In this document: piece by piece, positions 39,205 to 52,411 of the stretch | Layout: the number at the start of each line of letters is the position of its first letter | How positions within the stretch are numbered: the stretch's first letter is position 1 | The notes under the pieces: generated by a model | What the model was told of the DNA's origin: nothing | Seen by the model: the letters and a program-made list of their open reading frames with translations, nothing else | Database searches by the model: none | Made by a program: the position numbers and the translations under genes | Assembly (NCBI GenBank): GCA_964016885.1 | Contig: OZ024742.1 | Span: forward strand, 35,278,001 to 35,342,000 | Reading direction: 5' to 3' | DNA: 64,000 nucleotides | Source: Eledone cirrhosa | Taxonomy: Eukaryota

Positions 39205-39230
39205 AATAAATTTCTTCATGAGAAAATAAA
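39205..39230 (+). promoter_or_regulatory. Candidate polyadenylation signals of RARS1
   Basis: Two AATAAA hexamers (39205-39210, 39225-39230) about 90-115 nt after the stop codon, followed by T-rich sequence. Confidence 0.5.
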
Positions 39231-40249
39231 AAAATATATATATCTATATATTTGTACCAGTCTTTGACTTTTTGTAATTTTAATTTCAAGAACCTTTTGT
39301 TATTAAAGTACCAGCTAATTACTCGGGTCAATGTAATCAACTTATCCCTTTTCTACCATATTGCTGGCCTTGTGCCAAAACTAGAAGCCATTGTTGTTGT
39401 TATTATCAAAATTGTTAGTGTTGACAAAATGCCATGCAGTAATAATTACACCAATGACAAATGTACATGCCATGTCTAAGTCTAAAGTCTGTCTTAAGCT
39501 ATTTAAGTCTCGTTAGGTCAGTACTTATCCTGATTTCATGACGTGAAGTGACTGAGAGTACAATACTCCCCACTGGACAGGATGACAGTCCATCGCAGGT
39601 TTAAACCCCCAGCTATTGCTGGTACTTATTTTCAGCTGAGTATACTGAAGCAACATGAAATGAAGTATTTTTCTCAAGAATACAACAAGCAACCCAGCTC
39701 GGGAATCGAACCCACAACATTATGATCGTAAGTCCATCACCCTTACCACTAGGCTACATGCCTTCTAGACGTAGACTTAGACTTTTAGAATGACAAATGT
39801 ATGTCCCTTCACTATAGTAGAAAACATGTCCAAGGTGCCACACAGAGGGATCAAACTTGAACTTGAAACCACGTGGTTGTGAATTGAACTCCTTAACCAC
39901 AGAACCTTTCTTCCTACCTAATTGTTTGTAATATTGTACTTTAACCCTTTTGATACTAAACTGCCTAAAACAACCTGAAACCACATGGTTGTGAAGCAAG
40001 TTTGTTGACCACACAGCTGTGCCTGCACCTCAGCCATGCTTGCATGGAGGTTGTGTGTGTGTATTGAACCACCATCAGTTCTGATGTCAAGTGTTCCAGT
40101 CATTTGAACAACAATACAATCTGTTTCTGAAATAATCGTGAAAGTAGCTGAATATTCCACTGAAATGGGTATATAGATATAAAATAGTAAATGTAAGTAT
40201 GTGTGTGTGTATGTGTATATATATATGATGATGATGATATATATATATA

Positions 40250-40489
40250 TATAAACAATGAGTTATATGGTTTGTTGATTATTCAACAAAGTTAATTTCA
40301 TAACAGATTAGAAGCACTCTACAATATTTATCTGGAGTATCATTAATATTAATAAATGGAAAATATCTTTATAAAACCATATTTATTTTATTATACGTAT
40401 TTCAAGGGTACTTAAATATTAGTACCCTTGAAATACGTATAATAAAATAAATATGGTTTTATAAAGATATTTTCCATTTATTAATATTA
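40250..40489 (-). mobile_element. Penelope-like terminal fragment (family A) with palindrome 40344-40489 centred on hammerhead helix II
   Basis: AAGGGTACT-taaatatt-AGTACCCTT-GAAA-TACGTA-TA-ATAAAATA. The flank is homologous to 6864-6940 and 53004-53145. Confidence 0.75.
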
Positions 40490-41118
40490 TTAATATATAT
40501 ATATAAATATGGCTGACTCATGTGTGCTAAATGGCCCAAATCTCTGGAAAAGAACCAAAGTGATAATCCCAATTTCAAAAAATGAAACAAGAAAGATTAC
40601 TCTGGAGGAATCTCCTTGTTAAGCCACCCCGGTAAAGTTTATGCGAGGTGTCTGGCAAAGAGATGTAGGAATACTGTTGACTCCAAGCTAGCTGACAATG
40701 TGAGTTTCACCCCAGACATAGCCCAGCCAACCAAATATGTGGCAGGTCTTTGAGAAATTGTGGAAGTATTATCAAGAAATGTATACTTCTTTCATGGACT
40801 TCAAAAAGGCATACAACCATTATGTTAAGGGTACACAGTGTACCCTTAACATAATTCTCAGGGAGAGCGTGGAAGATGGACGTTAAACAATGATGATGAT
40901 GATTCTGTATGATAAGGCTGGTCCTTTGAATTACAAATACAGTTTGACTGGCTTCCAAATAATTTCCATCTACCCAATTTTACTCACAAGGCTTGGGTTG
41001 ATTTGGGACTATGGTACATGACTTGCGCAAGATGCCACACAGTGGGATGGAATCTGGGACCTTATAATTGTAAAGTAAACTTCTTAACCAGCCAACAATG
41101 TCAATGCATATTGAATAA

Positions 41119-41151
<33 letters not shown>

Positions 41152-43049
41152 CCCAAACATGCATGATGTATAACTACTTTTTTCAATTTATTCCTAGAGT
41201 CAGCATAAAAAAATATTCTGTTAAATTATAAAAAGAATTACAAGAGTTTTTTTAAATATGTTTTCCCTTTCTTCATCTCTCTCTCTCTTCTCCCTTTTGT
41301 CCCACTCCCACTTACCCTCCTTCCTCTTCTCCTTGAAAATATTTCATTTCCTATCCATCAAGATTACGTCCTTGTTATATTAATTTAGGCTGTAGTGGGT
41401 GTGGAAGGCTATTAATTTCCAGTCAATTTTCTGTATAACTTTAACTTGTTAATAATTAGATGAGTTAAAAGTGTAATTATAGTGGTGGTGGTGGCGATTA
41501 CAGTATGAAGGTGTGTGGCTTAGTGGTTAGGGTGTTGTGCTTGTAATTATAAGGTCATGAGTTTGATACCTGGATCAGTTGGTGTGTTGCATCCTTAACC
41601 ATGACACTTCATTTCACATTGCTTCAGTTTACTCAGCTTGGAAAAAATGAATTGTGATAACATTAGTGCCAAGCTATATCAGCCTTTCCCTTTCACTTGG
41701 GACATCCTATATGGTGTGTATATATGTTCTGACATCACTGATGCCAGGCTGTATTGGTGTTTGCCTTTATAACAACAGTGATGGGGGAAATAGGAGACTG
41801 GCATGCATGAATGACTAGTAGCCTTCCATAGAATAACTGCCCAGGTTTGCACATTAGAGAGGAACTTTCAGTTGTAAATCTATGGTCAGTTATGACAAAA
41901 AGAGGTCTATTGTGGGGAGTAGTACAGGTAGCTGCAGGGCTAGGGGTGATGTCCATGTGGTTGCTGTGACAATGGGAACAAACCAGGCAAGGCTGTGTTG
42001 TAAGACAGTTGGGCTCATGGTCATAAGGTCATGTGTTCGACTTCCAAACAAGGTGATATATTGTATTCTTTATTCCATGTTTCTCCTGTCCACTTAACTA
42101 GAAAGAGTGAGTAGTAGCAGCAACAGCTGGGGGTTAACCTTACAACTCGGTGGTATCTAATTCAGGTAGGAGGTAGGGTAACTTTCTACTTTTATTTCTT
42201 TCCACATATCTTTTCTGGCTCCATGTGTTCTTAGTTCAAATCCTACATCCTATCATCGACTTAAAATAGAAAAGAAAAACAGGCCTTTGGGGAACCTGAC
42301 TATCGGTGGTAAGCAAGCAAGCCAATATCATGGAACAACATGTTGATTGGACTAACATCTTGGTTGAATCAACCAATGAAAATTCATGACTACTAGATCT
42401 CTGCAATGAAACAGGATAACTACTTGAAAAAAACAAAAATCAAATAAATAAATAACTATATAAACTCCCTGACCAATGAAGTGTGTGTCCATCTGAAGGT
42501 CAAACAACACCACTCAGATCTAATTGCTAACCTTATTAACTAGGTATGATAATTGTAATTATAAAATCTACACTAGAGACCAAACCAAGAAGGTGGTGTT
42601 TGGGGTGAGAATAGAATTGTTTCAAGTTAGTTGAATGTTTTTTACTTTTGTTTTCACTTTTTTAAATCAACTTTTCATTCTTTTTACAGTGTTGTAGTTC
42701 AAATTGGTGGTGTTGCATTGTGGGATGGAATAATTGGAGCAAGAGATTAGTTTAAGTGGGGGTAGGAGTGAGAAAATATAAATAGAGAATATTGTATGAA
42801 TTATAAGTGTGTGCAATTCTAATTTTTGAATACTATTAATAATAATCCTATCCAACATTGGCACAAAACCAGCTATTACATCGAACCCAGTACACAACTG
42901 GTACTTTATTTTATCAACCCTGGAAGGATGAAAGGCAAAGTTTACCTCAGCAGAATTTGAACTCAGACCATAGAAAGTTGTAACTAAATACCACATCACA
43001 TTTTGTCCAATGCTCTACCAATCTACTGCCTTTATACTGTTAATAATAA

Positions 43050-43225
43050 TTGTTTCTACTTTTTGCACAAGGCCAGCAAATACCCAGTACATTACTGGTA
43101 CTTTATTTTATCGACCCCGTAAGGATGAAAAACAAAGTTAACCTCGACGGGATTTGAACTCAGACCGTAAAGGAACATAACTATGCTAGAAAGCATGGCG
43201 TCCAACCCTCTACCGATACCACCCT
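43050..43225 (-). mobile_element. SINE family A (older copy adjacent at about 42850-43030)
   Basis: Reverse complement of the family A core. Confidence 0.8.
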
Positions 43226-44140
43226 CTTAATAATTATATTAATGGTTTCTGCTTCAGGCACTAAACCAGCAATTATAGGTCGGTGGCTATGTCGATCACG
43301 TCTAGCTCAGAAGTTGATTTGAACTCATTATGAATTATTATGGTTTCTGATTAAAACACAAGGAGAGCAACTTTGAGGGGAATTTAAAGTCGATTATATC
43401 GACTTCAGTTCTTGACTGGTACTTCACTTTATTTTGAACTAATATATATATATATATATATATATGACCTGTTGTTAACCATATATAAATACACACATAT
43501 ATATATTTAACCACGTCATCCCCTAACACTTTGAGTACAACAGAACAGAGAACGTCCATTTATAATATTTAAATAAGGTTGTCGACTGCTGACAAAGCCA
43601 AGGGACAATCAACATAAGAAAACAAATGAAGGACACAAATAGGTTATGGTGAGTGGTGGAGGGAATGGTGGGGTTGGAATGTTTGTTGCAATGTGGTGTT
43701 TATGTTGGTAGTGATAGTGTTGTTGTTGTTGTCGTGAGTGGTCGAGGGAATACGGTTGGGATGTTTGTGCAATATAGAGCTTATGTTGGTAGTGAGGGTG
43801 GTGGTGGTGGTGGTAAATGTGGTGAAGAAATTGGGCTGGGGTGGGGACCCCTTACAACATGGGAACCATGACAGAAACACACATACACAATAAAATAAAA
43901 AAACTGAAAATGTCATTCTGAGATATAGTTATCAGGCCTGAAGTTGTTTGCAAAGATCACGATTTGTATTGTAAAACAAAACGGTTTGAAGACTGTAAAT
44001 CGATGAATATGACACGTAGACTCTTTATATTTGTGGACATGGCAACTCCATAGAGAGACATGATCTGTTATCCATTATTCAGAAACATTTACGTGGGTTT
44101 ATCATTATTACAATATATATGTATATTTATCATTATTACA

Positions 44141-44522
44141 ATCGGTAGAGAGTCTGACGCCATGCTTTAACGTATAGAGTTGCAGCCCTTGCCATTCTGA
44201 GTTCAAATCCCGCCAAGGTTAACTTTGCCTTTCATCCTTACGGGGTCGATAAAATAAAGTACCAGTAATGCACTGGGTAATTGCTGGCCTTGTGCCAAAA
44301 CGTAGAAACAATTATTATAATATGTAAGGGCGGTGGATTGGCAGTATCGGTAGAGGGTCCGACGCTATGCTTTGCAGCAAAGAGTTACGGCCCTTTCTGG
44401 TCTGAGTTCAAATCCCGCCGAGGTTAACTTTGCCTTTCATCCTTACGGGGTCGATAAAATAAAGTACCAGTAATACGCTAGGATAATTTCTGGCCTTGTG
44501 CCAAAAGTAGAAACAATTATTA
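44141..44522 (+). mobile_element. Two tandem SINE family A copies
   Basis: Head-to-tail copies with A/B boxes. Confidence 0.85.
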
Positions 44523-44583
44523 CAATATGTATATAAATGTATGTGTGGTATATATAAATGATTCTTTTATGTTAAAACATTTA

Positions 44584-44631
<48 letters not shown>

Positions 44632-44689
44632 GTATGCGTGTGTGTGAGAGGGTGAGAGAAGGTGGTGCCATCTTTCGTCCGTAGCATTT

Positions 44690-45440
44690 AAGAGCTGAAG
44701 CAGGCTTGGTGTGGCACCAGATGGCAGGAAAACCCTTGGATCAATCATAGAGTCAAAGATGTCATCCGAGCAAAGAAGGAGGCCTTCAAAGCTTGGCTTG
44801 AAAATAAGGTCATCCTTCTTACATTTGCGGTACAAGACGCAGCAGAGACAGTAAAAGCATGTAAAGTCAAGCCATAGGAGTACTTTGGGGTTAAACTGGA
44901 ATCCAATTTTAGATCAGCAAATAAAGTGTTCTGGCACGCATCCTTAGACTTCGTAATAAGAAGTCCTCTTCCAGACCTGCTAATATCCGAGATGTTAAAA
45001 GCATTAAATAGAGAAGGTATTCTCTGGCTGACTCATATGTGCCATGTGGACTGGATCTCTGGAGAGGCACCTAAGCAATGGCAATCAGAAGTGATAATCC
45101 CAATTTTCAAAAAGAGAGATTGCTCCAACTATAAAGGGATCTGTTTGTTAAGCCACCCTAGTAAAGTCTATGTTAAGTGTCTGGCAAAGAGATGTAGAGA
45201 GATTGTCTCGTCCAAGCTAGCTGGTGAGCTGTCTGGTTTTTCCATAATGAACATTCGATAACGAGAAGAAGGGAAGTAGGTCCCTATCTTCAATTCGGTA
45301 TTCTTGCCAAACTTGATCTATGAACACGAATATTGGGTAATGACTGAAAGAATATGATCGCGAATACAAGCGGTCTTTGGAGTAAAGTTACTTGAGAGAG
45401 CGGGTAGTTCAGAGATGAGAGAGTCACTCCGGTTCTTTTG
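44690..45440 (+). mobile_element. Degenerate RTE (Expander/Rex3-like) RT fragment; related piece at about 40510-40830
   Basis: EMLKALNREGILWLT...PKQWQSEVIIPIFKKRDCSNYKGICLLSHPSKVY. Confidence 0.7.
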
Positions 45441-45795
45441 CTCTATATACAAATGAGCTTCGTCGGCCGATGTTCACAAGCTTTTGCCTTATACTCGTAT
45501 TCGCATCCAAGAAGGTGTTAGCCCCTCTGAAACAGTGTCGTTAGAGTGCTTTCACTTGCTAGACCAGTGGTGGTTCATCACTGCTTCTAAAATTTCATAG
45601 CGAAGGCTATAATAGTGTTTATTTACATAGACATTTTGTATATGATTTAATATACAACTCCAGTAACACACACGTATATATATATCAGATAGTGTGTGAA
45701 TCTTTTCATATATATATATATATACACACACACATATATATATATGTGTGTATATATTTATATATGTATATATATATGAAAAGATTCACACACTA

Positions 45796-45839
<44 letters not shown>

Positions 45840-46289
45840 GTGTGTGTTACTGGAGTTGTATATTAAATCATATACAAAATCGAAACGGCTTGAGCTCTGT
45901 CGTCGGGGTCATACTTTTTCCTATTTCCCACTCTACTACCCTAAGTATTGAGTACTCTGGTGCGTTATGGTCCATCTGTTTCTTTACTACAATTCCTTTG
46001 TTATGTATATATATATATATGTGTGTGTAAATGGAATGTCTAATAACGTAGTTTCCTTATAAAACAAATTTCCTATATTTAGAACTTTGGAGTTTTATGA
46101 ACTTTTATGCCCGACGGCTAAACTAAAATTGTTTTGATAATAAATGAAGTCTATCCGCGTGCGAGGTTACACGTTAACTTAAAGGTGGGGGAATACGTTC
46201 GGGGAGTAGAGGGGAGGTTTGGAATGAAACAAAAGTTAAAAACAAAATAATCAAAATCTAAGATATTACAAGAACGAAATAGTACTACA

Positions 46290-46507
46290 ATTCTCCTCCG
46301 TTCTTCATCGGACATGTTGAGACCAAAACCCTCGTATTTTGTTTGGTGATGTCGCTTTAAATTGTACTCTTTGAACACAGCGATTGTCTCTTGACACAGC
46401 AAACATACCGCCTTATTCCCGGCACAGGTAAAAGAATACTTGTGTAACCAATCTTCTTGGAATACACGACATTCTTGGTCAATTTTGTGCTTTTTAGCAG
46501 AAGTCAT
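46290..46507 (-). mobile_element. hAT (Charlie/GTF2IRD2-like) transposase N-terminal fragment
   Basis: KKHKIDQECRVFQEDW..Y.F....KAVCLLCQETIAVFKEYNLKRHH is a BED-type zinc finger. Confidence 0.75.
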
Positions 46508-47164
46508 TATTATGTTTAGAAGAAATTATGTGGTGGAAACGAAATGCGGATGTCAACAGGGCGCGCAAGCTCTCCTATCCCCATGTCATCTCAAGAGATT
46601 CTGGTATTGAAATCCAGGACTTGGCAACGGCAATGAACGACAGACCCACGTGAGATCAATTGTTGAGTTCATTTCGGCTGAGGCCGCCGGATGATGATGA
46701 TGATGATGATGATGATGAAAACTCTGTGATTGTGTGCTTGTCTGAAATTTAATACTGTCAAAACGGCGCATAATGAGAAGATACTTTGAAAGGAGTTGCC
46801 CCTGATATAAGAATACAAATTGAATAAAACAAGTTTCGAATAAATCGGAGCACAGGATTCCAAGATACGGGGTTTTTCCGGGTACCTTCATAAATAGAGA
46901 GAGAGAGAGAGAGAAAGATAGAGAGAAAGGGATAGTGGTTGTGAGAGAGTATATTGAAAATGAGACACAGAGGGAGAGAGAAAGAGAAGGAAAATGGAAG
47001 AGAGAGAGGGTTGGTGGTGGTGTTGAATGAAATTATAACTGGTGACTTCAAAGAATCGAATACAACATTAGTGTTTCCTGCTAAATAGAAAGGGTTTCTA
47101 AGTGTATGTGTGTGTCTGTGACCAGTGTAGAAAGGCCATAGCCACCCATATATATATATATATA

Positions 47165-47540
47165 CACGAGGGCAATCCCAAAAGTAAGGTCTCCTTCTGA
47201 TATTGCAACTTTTCTGTTAAAATCCTGTGGATGGTGCTTCGGGAAACCCCAGGAACCAAAATGCAGAGAGCATCCAGAGTGATCCGCCGATCTTTACGCA
47301 TGTTTTCCTCGGAAGGGAAAATCCTTTTGGGATTACTCTCGTAATAATAACTGCGCAAAATTCGTACTTGGCGGTAGCGTTCAACGGGAGCTCCATTCTC
47401 GACGGCTTCCAAGCCAAGATTGAGCATCCCAGCGAAGCGCGTGCGTGCTTGTTTGGGAGTGAAGGAAGCACCAATCACAACAGTGTTGCCAACAGCCGTA
47501 CGAACATCGCTTTGGAGACCTTATTTTGGGGATTACCCTC

Positions 47541-47543
<3 letters not shown>
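47165..47543 (-). mobile_element. Internally deleted mariner element (MITE-like)
   Basis: About 30-bp TIRs cacgagggcaatcccaaaagtaaggtctcc / ggagaccttattttggggattaccctcgta, flanked by TA. Internal mariner HTH remnant RKDRRITLDAL...VSRSTIHRILTEKLQYQK. Confidence 0.85.
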
Positions 47544-47574
<31 letters not shown>

Positions 47575-47579
<5 letters not shown>

Positions 47580-47772
47580 AACCAGTAAGACCCCGACAGC
47601 TGAGCTCAAGCCGTTTCGACGGCTAATTCTGGACGAGTCCAGAATTAGCCGTCGAAACGGCTTGAGCTCAGCTGTCGGGGTCTTACTGGTTCCTATTACC
47701 CACTCTACTACCTCAAGTATTGAGTACTTTGGTGCGTTATGGTCCACCTGGTTCCTTACCACATTTCCTTCG

Positions 47773-47775
<3 letters not shown>
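47575..47775 (+). mobile_element. Penelope-like terminal fragment (family B) with perfect palindrome 47575-47696
   Basis: 60-bp arms around a 2-nt centre. Contains GAAA-CGGC-TTGAGCTCA-GCTG-TC-GGGGTC. (TA)n on both sides. Confidence 0.75.
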
Positions 47776-47802
<27 letters not shown>

Positions 47803-47806
<4 letters not shown>

Positions 47807-49739
47807 AATCAAAAAGAACAGAAAGATGCAGTAAAAGAGATTTATTCGGTTCTAACGTACGTTTCAATAGACATCAATTTGCCTAGATCTCGCTGCATCT
47901 ATAATATTATATAGTTAGTAGAGCATTCGACATCCAATGTACAATTGATTCCATATCATCAGAGATTATGTTTACCGTACCAGAATGTTCAGGTTTTTAT
48001 AGGAATTCAAGTGAAGTTGAAGTAGAGAAGAAGGAGTATGTGACAAAGATGAGAGAGATAGGGGGTTTTTCATAGTTGTTGAGGTAAAACAGAGGGGAGG
48101 ATAAAATACGATAATGAAGTCTAGATATGGACTAGTCCAACTGTGTGTGTGCTAGGGAGATGGTAGACGTTGATAGGTTTATGATCTATGATACATGGAG
48201 GCAGGGGAGATTAGGCCGAGTGACTTGTAAAGTATGTAGGAGGAGATGTTGAATAGGGGAGATGTGGTCAATAAAAGGCATAGCAATAATCCATGGGGAC
48301 AGATAGAGGAGGTAGAAGGAAGATAGAGGAAAGCAGAAGTCGCAGGATCAAATCAAGCCAGGTTTGTATTTCGAGAACGTAGCCTTGAGTCTGTGATTGC
48401 AATATAGAGTCCTTTCCGTTCTGTTGTTGAGAAGAGTATAATTGGATTTTAGTATGTAAAATAGCTCCATATTGCATAATCGGCAGTAAGGCTGGCCTGC
48501 ACGATATGCGGAAGCACTAGAAAGTTTTGTCCATTTCAAAGTGTATTGCAGGTTACTTTCGCGCAACTGCCAAATTGTATTGGCTAAGGTAGTTACGGAA
48601 CGGTATTTGATGTTCTTCATCGAACTACGGTGTTGGTACCAACGAGATTTAAAAGTGGTAGAGGTACAGCCGATATAATGCCATCTCCGGTTATTCGATT
48701 CAACGGTGCATTGATACACCATATTGGATTCCATGCATTTGTTATTCAGAGGGCAACGATCAGGTAGGTTGCAGTTGCACTTATCAGCTCTTGTAGTATT
48801 ATTATCTTGTACAGGTTGCGTTAGGTTTATATGTGTGTCTGCTGCAGGAGGGTTTACATTCAGTGGTTGAGAGTTAGAGGAAGTGTTAATGTAGTTTGGG
48901 GTGCTTCGTGTGGATGTGCTGACTAATCGTTTGGAGTTAAGTTTTTTAATAATTAGATCGAGATTGGGTGCTGTAGAATATGAAAGCTTAATGGACCTTA
49001 GATTTAGTATTTTAGCGTATCGATGTGCAGGAGGAAAATGTGTTTTGATTAAATTGAAGAAAAGTGAAGAAATTTTAGGAGATGTTGAGGCATTGTATAT
49101 ACTTTTGAGTACAACCTGACTGAAACAAATTTCTTGGATGTAACATTTAATCTAGAGACGGGGGAAATCCGCCCATTCCATAAATCTAATGAAAATATTA
49201 TGTATGTTGACCATAAATCTAATCATCCACCCTCGGTTATACGGTCTATCCCTCGGGCCATCTCCCTTAGAATATCACGCCTGTCATCTACCCCCCAGGT
49301 CTTTAGTGAGCACGCTTACTACTATAACAACGCGCTTAAGGCGGCTGGATACCAAGACAAAATAGAGTACATAGATCCAGCACACCAATATAGAAATAAG
49401 GGCTCACAACGCACTAGCATAAACAATAATATAGGTACGATACACAACATACACTTTCCGCATAGGCATAGTCGAAATAGAAGCACACAACCCAACCTAG
49501 CTAGAAAGCGGAATCGTAGCTACCTTTGGTACAACCCAATATACAATGCCTCAACATCTCCTAAAATTTCTTCACTTTTCTTCAATTTAATCAAAACACA
49601 TTTTCCTGCTGCACATCGATACGCTAAAATACTAAATCTAAGGTCCATTAAGCTTTCATATTCTACAGCACCCAATCTCGATCTAATTATTAAAAAAACT
49701 TAACTCCAAACGATTAGTCAGCACATCCACACGAAGCAC
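47803..49739. mobile_element. Penelope-like element with 5' inversion (GIY-YIG part on -, RT thumb part on +)
   Basis: Minus: CNCNLPDRCPLNNKC..SNMVYQCTV...YIGCT...FKSRWYQH...CRLCNMELFYI...LLNNRTE...CNH. Plus: FLDVTFNL...YVDHKSNHPPSVIRSIP...RISRLSS. 48901-49100 is the inverted copy of 49540-49739. Confidence 0.92.
47847..47977 (-). ncRNA. Type I hammerhead ribozyme with extended helix II, downstream of the Penelope GIY-YIG ORF
   Basis: Minus strand: CGGU...UCU-CUGAUGA-UA-UGGAAUCAAUU-[about 60 nt]-AAUUGAUGUCUA-UU-GAAA-CGUACG-UU^-AGA-ACCG. Confidence 0.75.
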
Positions 49740-50378
49740 ATTTGACTAAACTTTATTTGTTCCAATCTAATATATGTTTAACGCAGCCTAAAGCCTTCTT
49801 ATATTATATCTAACTTTGAAGGTTGACTTTGCCTTTCATCCTTACGGGGTCGATAAAATAAAGTACCAGTAATGCATTGGGTAATTGCTGGCCTTGTGCC
49901 TAAAGTAGAAACAATTATATCTAACTTTGAGTCAAAATAGATAGAAGATATCTGAATTAATTTCCAATACCATCGTCACATCTACACTATCAGCTGATTT
50001 GCATTTTTTGCACCTTTTAGTATGGCGGATATTTAAATATATTTACATTACCAATAATATTTAATACGACCCTAAAGTAGTATATGCAGGAAGTGCTGGA
50101 CTCTGAAAAAGATTTCTTCTAGTTGTTTATAAATTTGCACCTTTTCCAGTAACCCCTAATATTTTAATATTATTATAAGACTTTAAATAATATGTTTGCC
50201 ATCCTAAAATGGAGAAATTTCAATTTTTAAAAATTAAAATTTTTTTTTAACTAGTTAAGTTTTTCCAAATATCTAAAATTAAAGTTAATTTAAGTACTTT
50301 TTGTAATAAAAAAAACTTAATTTCTCTTGTTTATTAATGTCATATTAAAAATGTTAACTGTAGATAAATAACCTTGAT

Positions 50379-52274
50379 ATGATGTCTACTGCAAAGAGGC
50401 TGAAGTTAGATACCAGCAGTAAGGTTAGACAGTGGTGTGATGATTATGTTAGATATGGATTTCAAAAAGCTGACACTAAAAAAGATACACCAGATCAGCC
50501 CATGTGTTTGCTATGTTCAAAAGTTCTATCAAATAGCTGTTTAAATCCTGCAAAACTTAAAAGACACCTTGATACTAATCACACCAATGATAAAAGCAAG
50601 TCACTGGAATACTTTACTTCGCTGAAAAACAACATCAAAAAATCACAAGCTAATATGTATGACTTGTTTTGTAAAAAGTCAGATAGAAATAAAGCTTTAA
50701 CAAGAACATCTTTTGAAATTTCACATTTGATTGGTAAAAACAAGAAACCATTTACATTAGGAGAACAGTTAATTCTGCCAAGTATAAAAATGTCTACAGA
50801 GAATCTTTTTGAAAGCTGCAGTATTAAGGACAAAGAAAAATTAAGCCAGTTACCATTGTCAGCAAATACCGTAAAAAGAAGGATAATTGATATTTCTTCT
50901 GATATAGAAAATCAGATACTAACTGCACTAAAGAAAAGCACATGTTTTGGTCTGCAAGTGGACGAAACTACGGATATTAATAACAAGGCTCAATTAATTT
51001 GCTATGTACGGTTTGTAGACCTTGATAAAAAAGAATTAGTAGAAGAGTATTTGTTTTGTCTGGTATTAGACATCACAACTAAAGGTCAAGATATATTCAA
51101 TAAAATTGAAGAGTATTTTTTAAAAAATGGTGTATCTTGGAGCAAGTTGACTTCAATAACAACAGATGGAGCAGCTGCAATAACTGGTAAAAATTCTGGT
51201 TTAATTGCAAAAATTAAAGAACAGACCCCAAATTGTATTTCAAATTATTGTATGATTCATTGAGAGGTTTTGTGTTCAAAAAAATTCAAAGACAGAGATG
51301 CTCAAATATTAAATGACCAGCTGAAAGACATTGTCAAAATTATCAATTTGATCCATGCAAGAGCAACAAATTCTAGAATGTTTGAATCTATTTGTGAATC
51401 TTCTAGAAGTAATTATAATAGATTGTTATTGAACAATGATGTGCGTTGGCTGTCTTTTGGGGATGCTATGAAGAGAGTTTTTGAACTGAGAGAAGAAATA
51501 ATAGTTTTTCTAAAAAAAACAGAATGATGAAAGAGCAAATGTATTAGAAACCATTGAATGGAATGTGCAACTCGCTTATTTAGTAGACATTTTTGGTGAA
51601 CTGAACAAACTAAATAAGTGTCTTCAGGGTAACAATGCAGATATTTTTACTTCAATCAATTTTATTACATATTTTCAATCAAAATTAAACATCTTTATAA
51701 AAAGAATTGAATCGGACAATTACTCATTACTTTCAAACCTTGAAATAGAGCTTAAAAAGAGAGAAGATTTTGACTCCAGCAATCTAAAGAAGATTATTCT
51801 TTCTCATTTAAATGGGCTTTCCACAAGTTTTTCAGATTATTTTGACTTGATGGAAAAAGATATTGTTAGCGGAAATTTATGGATAAAAACCCGTTCACCG
51901 AGATCGAGCAGTTAGTGTCAGAAAATGACGCTGGAAAGTGTAAAAATTTACTACCTGCACAATGCTTACATCAGTTGATGGATTTGAATTCAAACGAAGA
52001 CCTGAAAGTGATATTCGAAAGCAGAAAGAAAGAACTATGGATCGACTTATTCTTGATTGGGGAGTTTAATGAAATCAGCCAACTTGCATTGAAATATTTG
52101 ACTTTATTCCCATCTAGCTACTTGTGCGAAGGGTTTTCGCAGTTGGTAGAAATCTGCACAAAGAAGATGAATAAACTGTCAGCAATTGACGAGTGTATGA
52201 GACTGGCATTAACTAGTGTTGAACCTCGATTTTCTAGATTCACTGATGAGGCGCAGCAGCAGAAAAGCCACTAG
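50379..52274 (+). pseudogene. hAT Buster/Charlie-type transposase (ZBED5/SCAND3-like), disrupted
   Basis: BED finger (PMCLLC...KLKRHL), DETTD, TDGA, CMIH, VRW and YLCE-GFS motifs. Stop at 51261 and frameshifts at A-runs near 51520 and 51885. Confidence 0.9.
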
Positions 52275-52411
52275 TTAATTGTATTCGATTACATACACAC
52301 GCATGAAACACTAAAATAAATAAATACTTTATTTTTTTGTTTGAAAAGTTTTGTATTGTATAGGTTCCGTGAAGAATTCAAAATATTTAGAGGGTTTCTC
52401 GGTTTTAGAAA

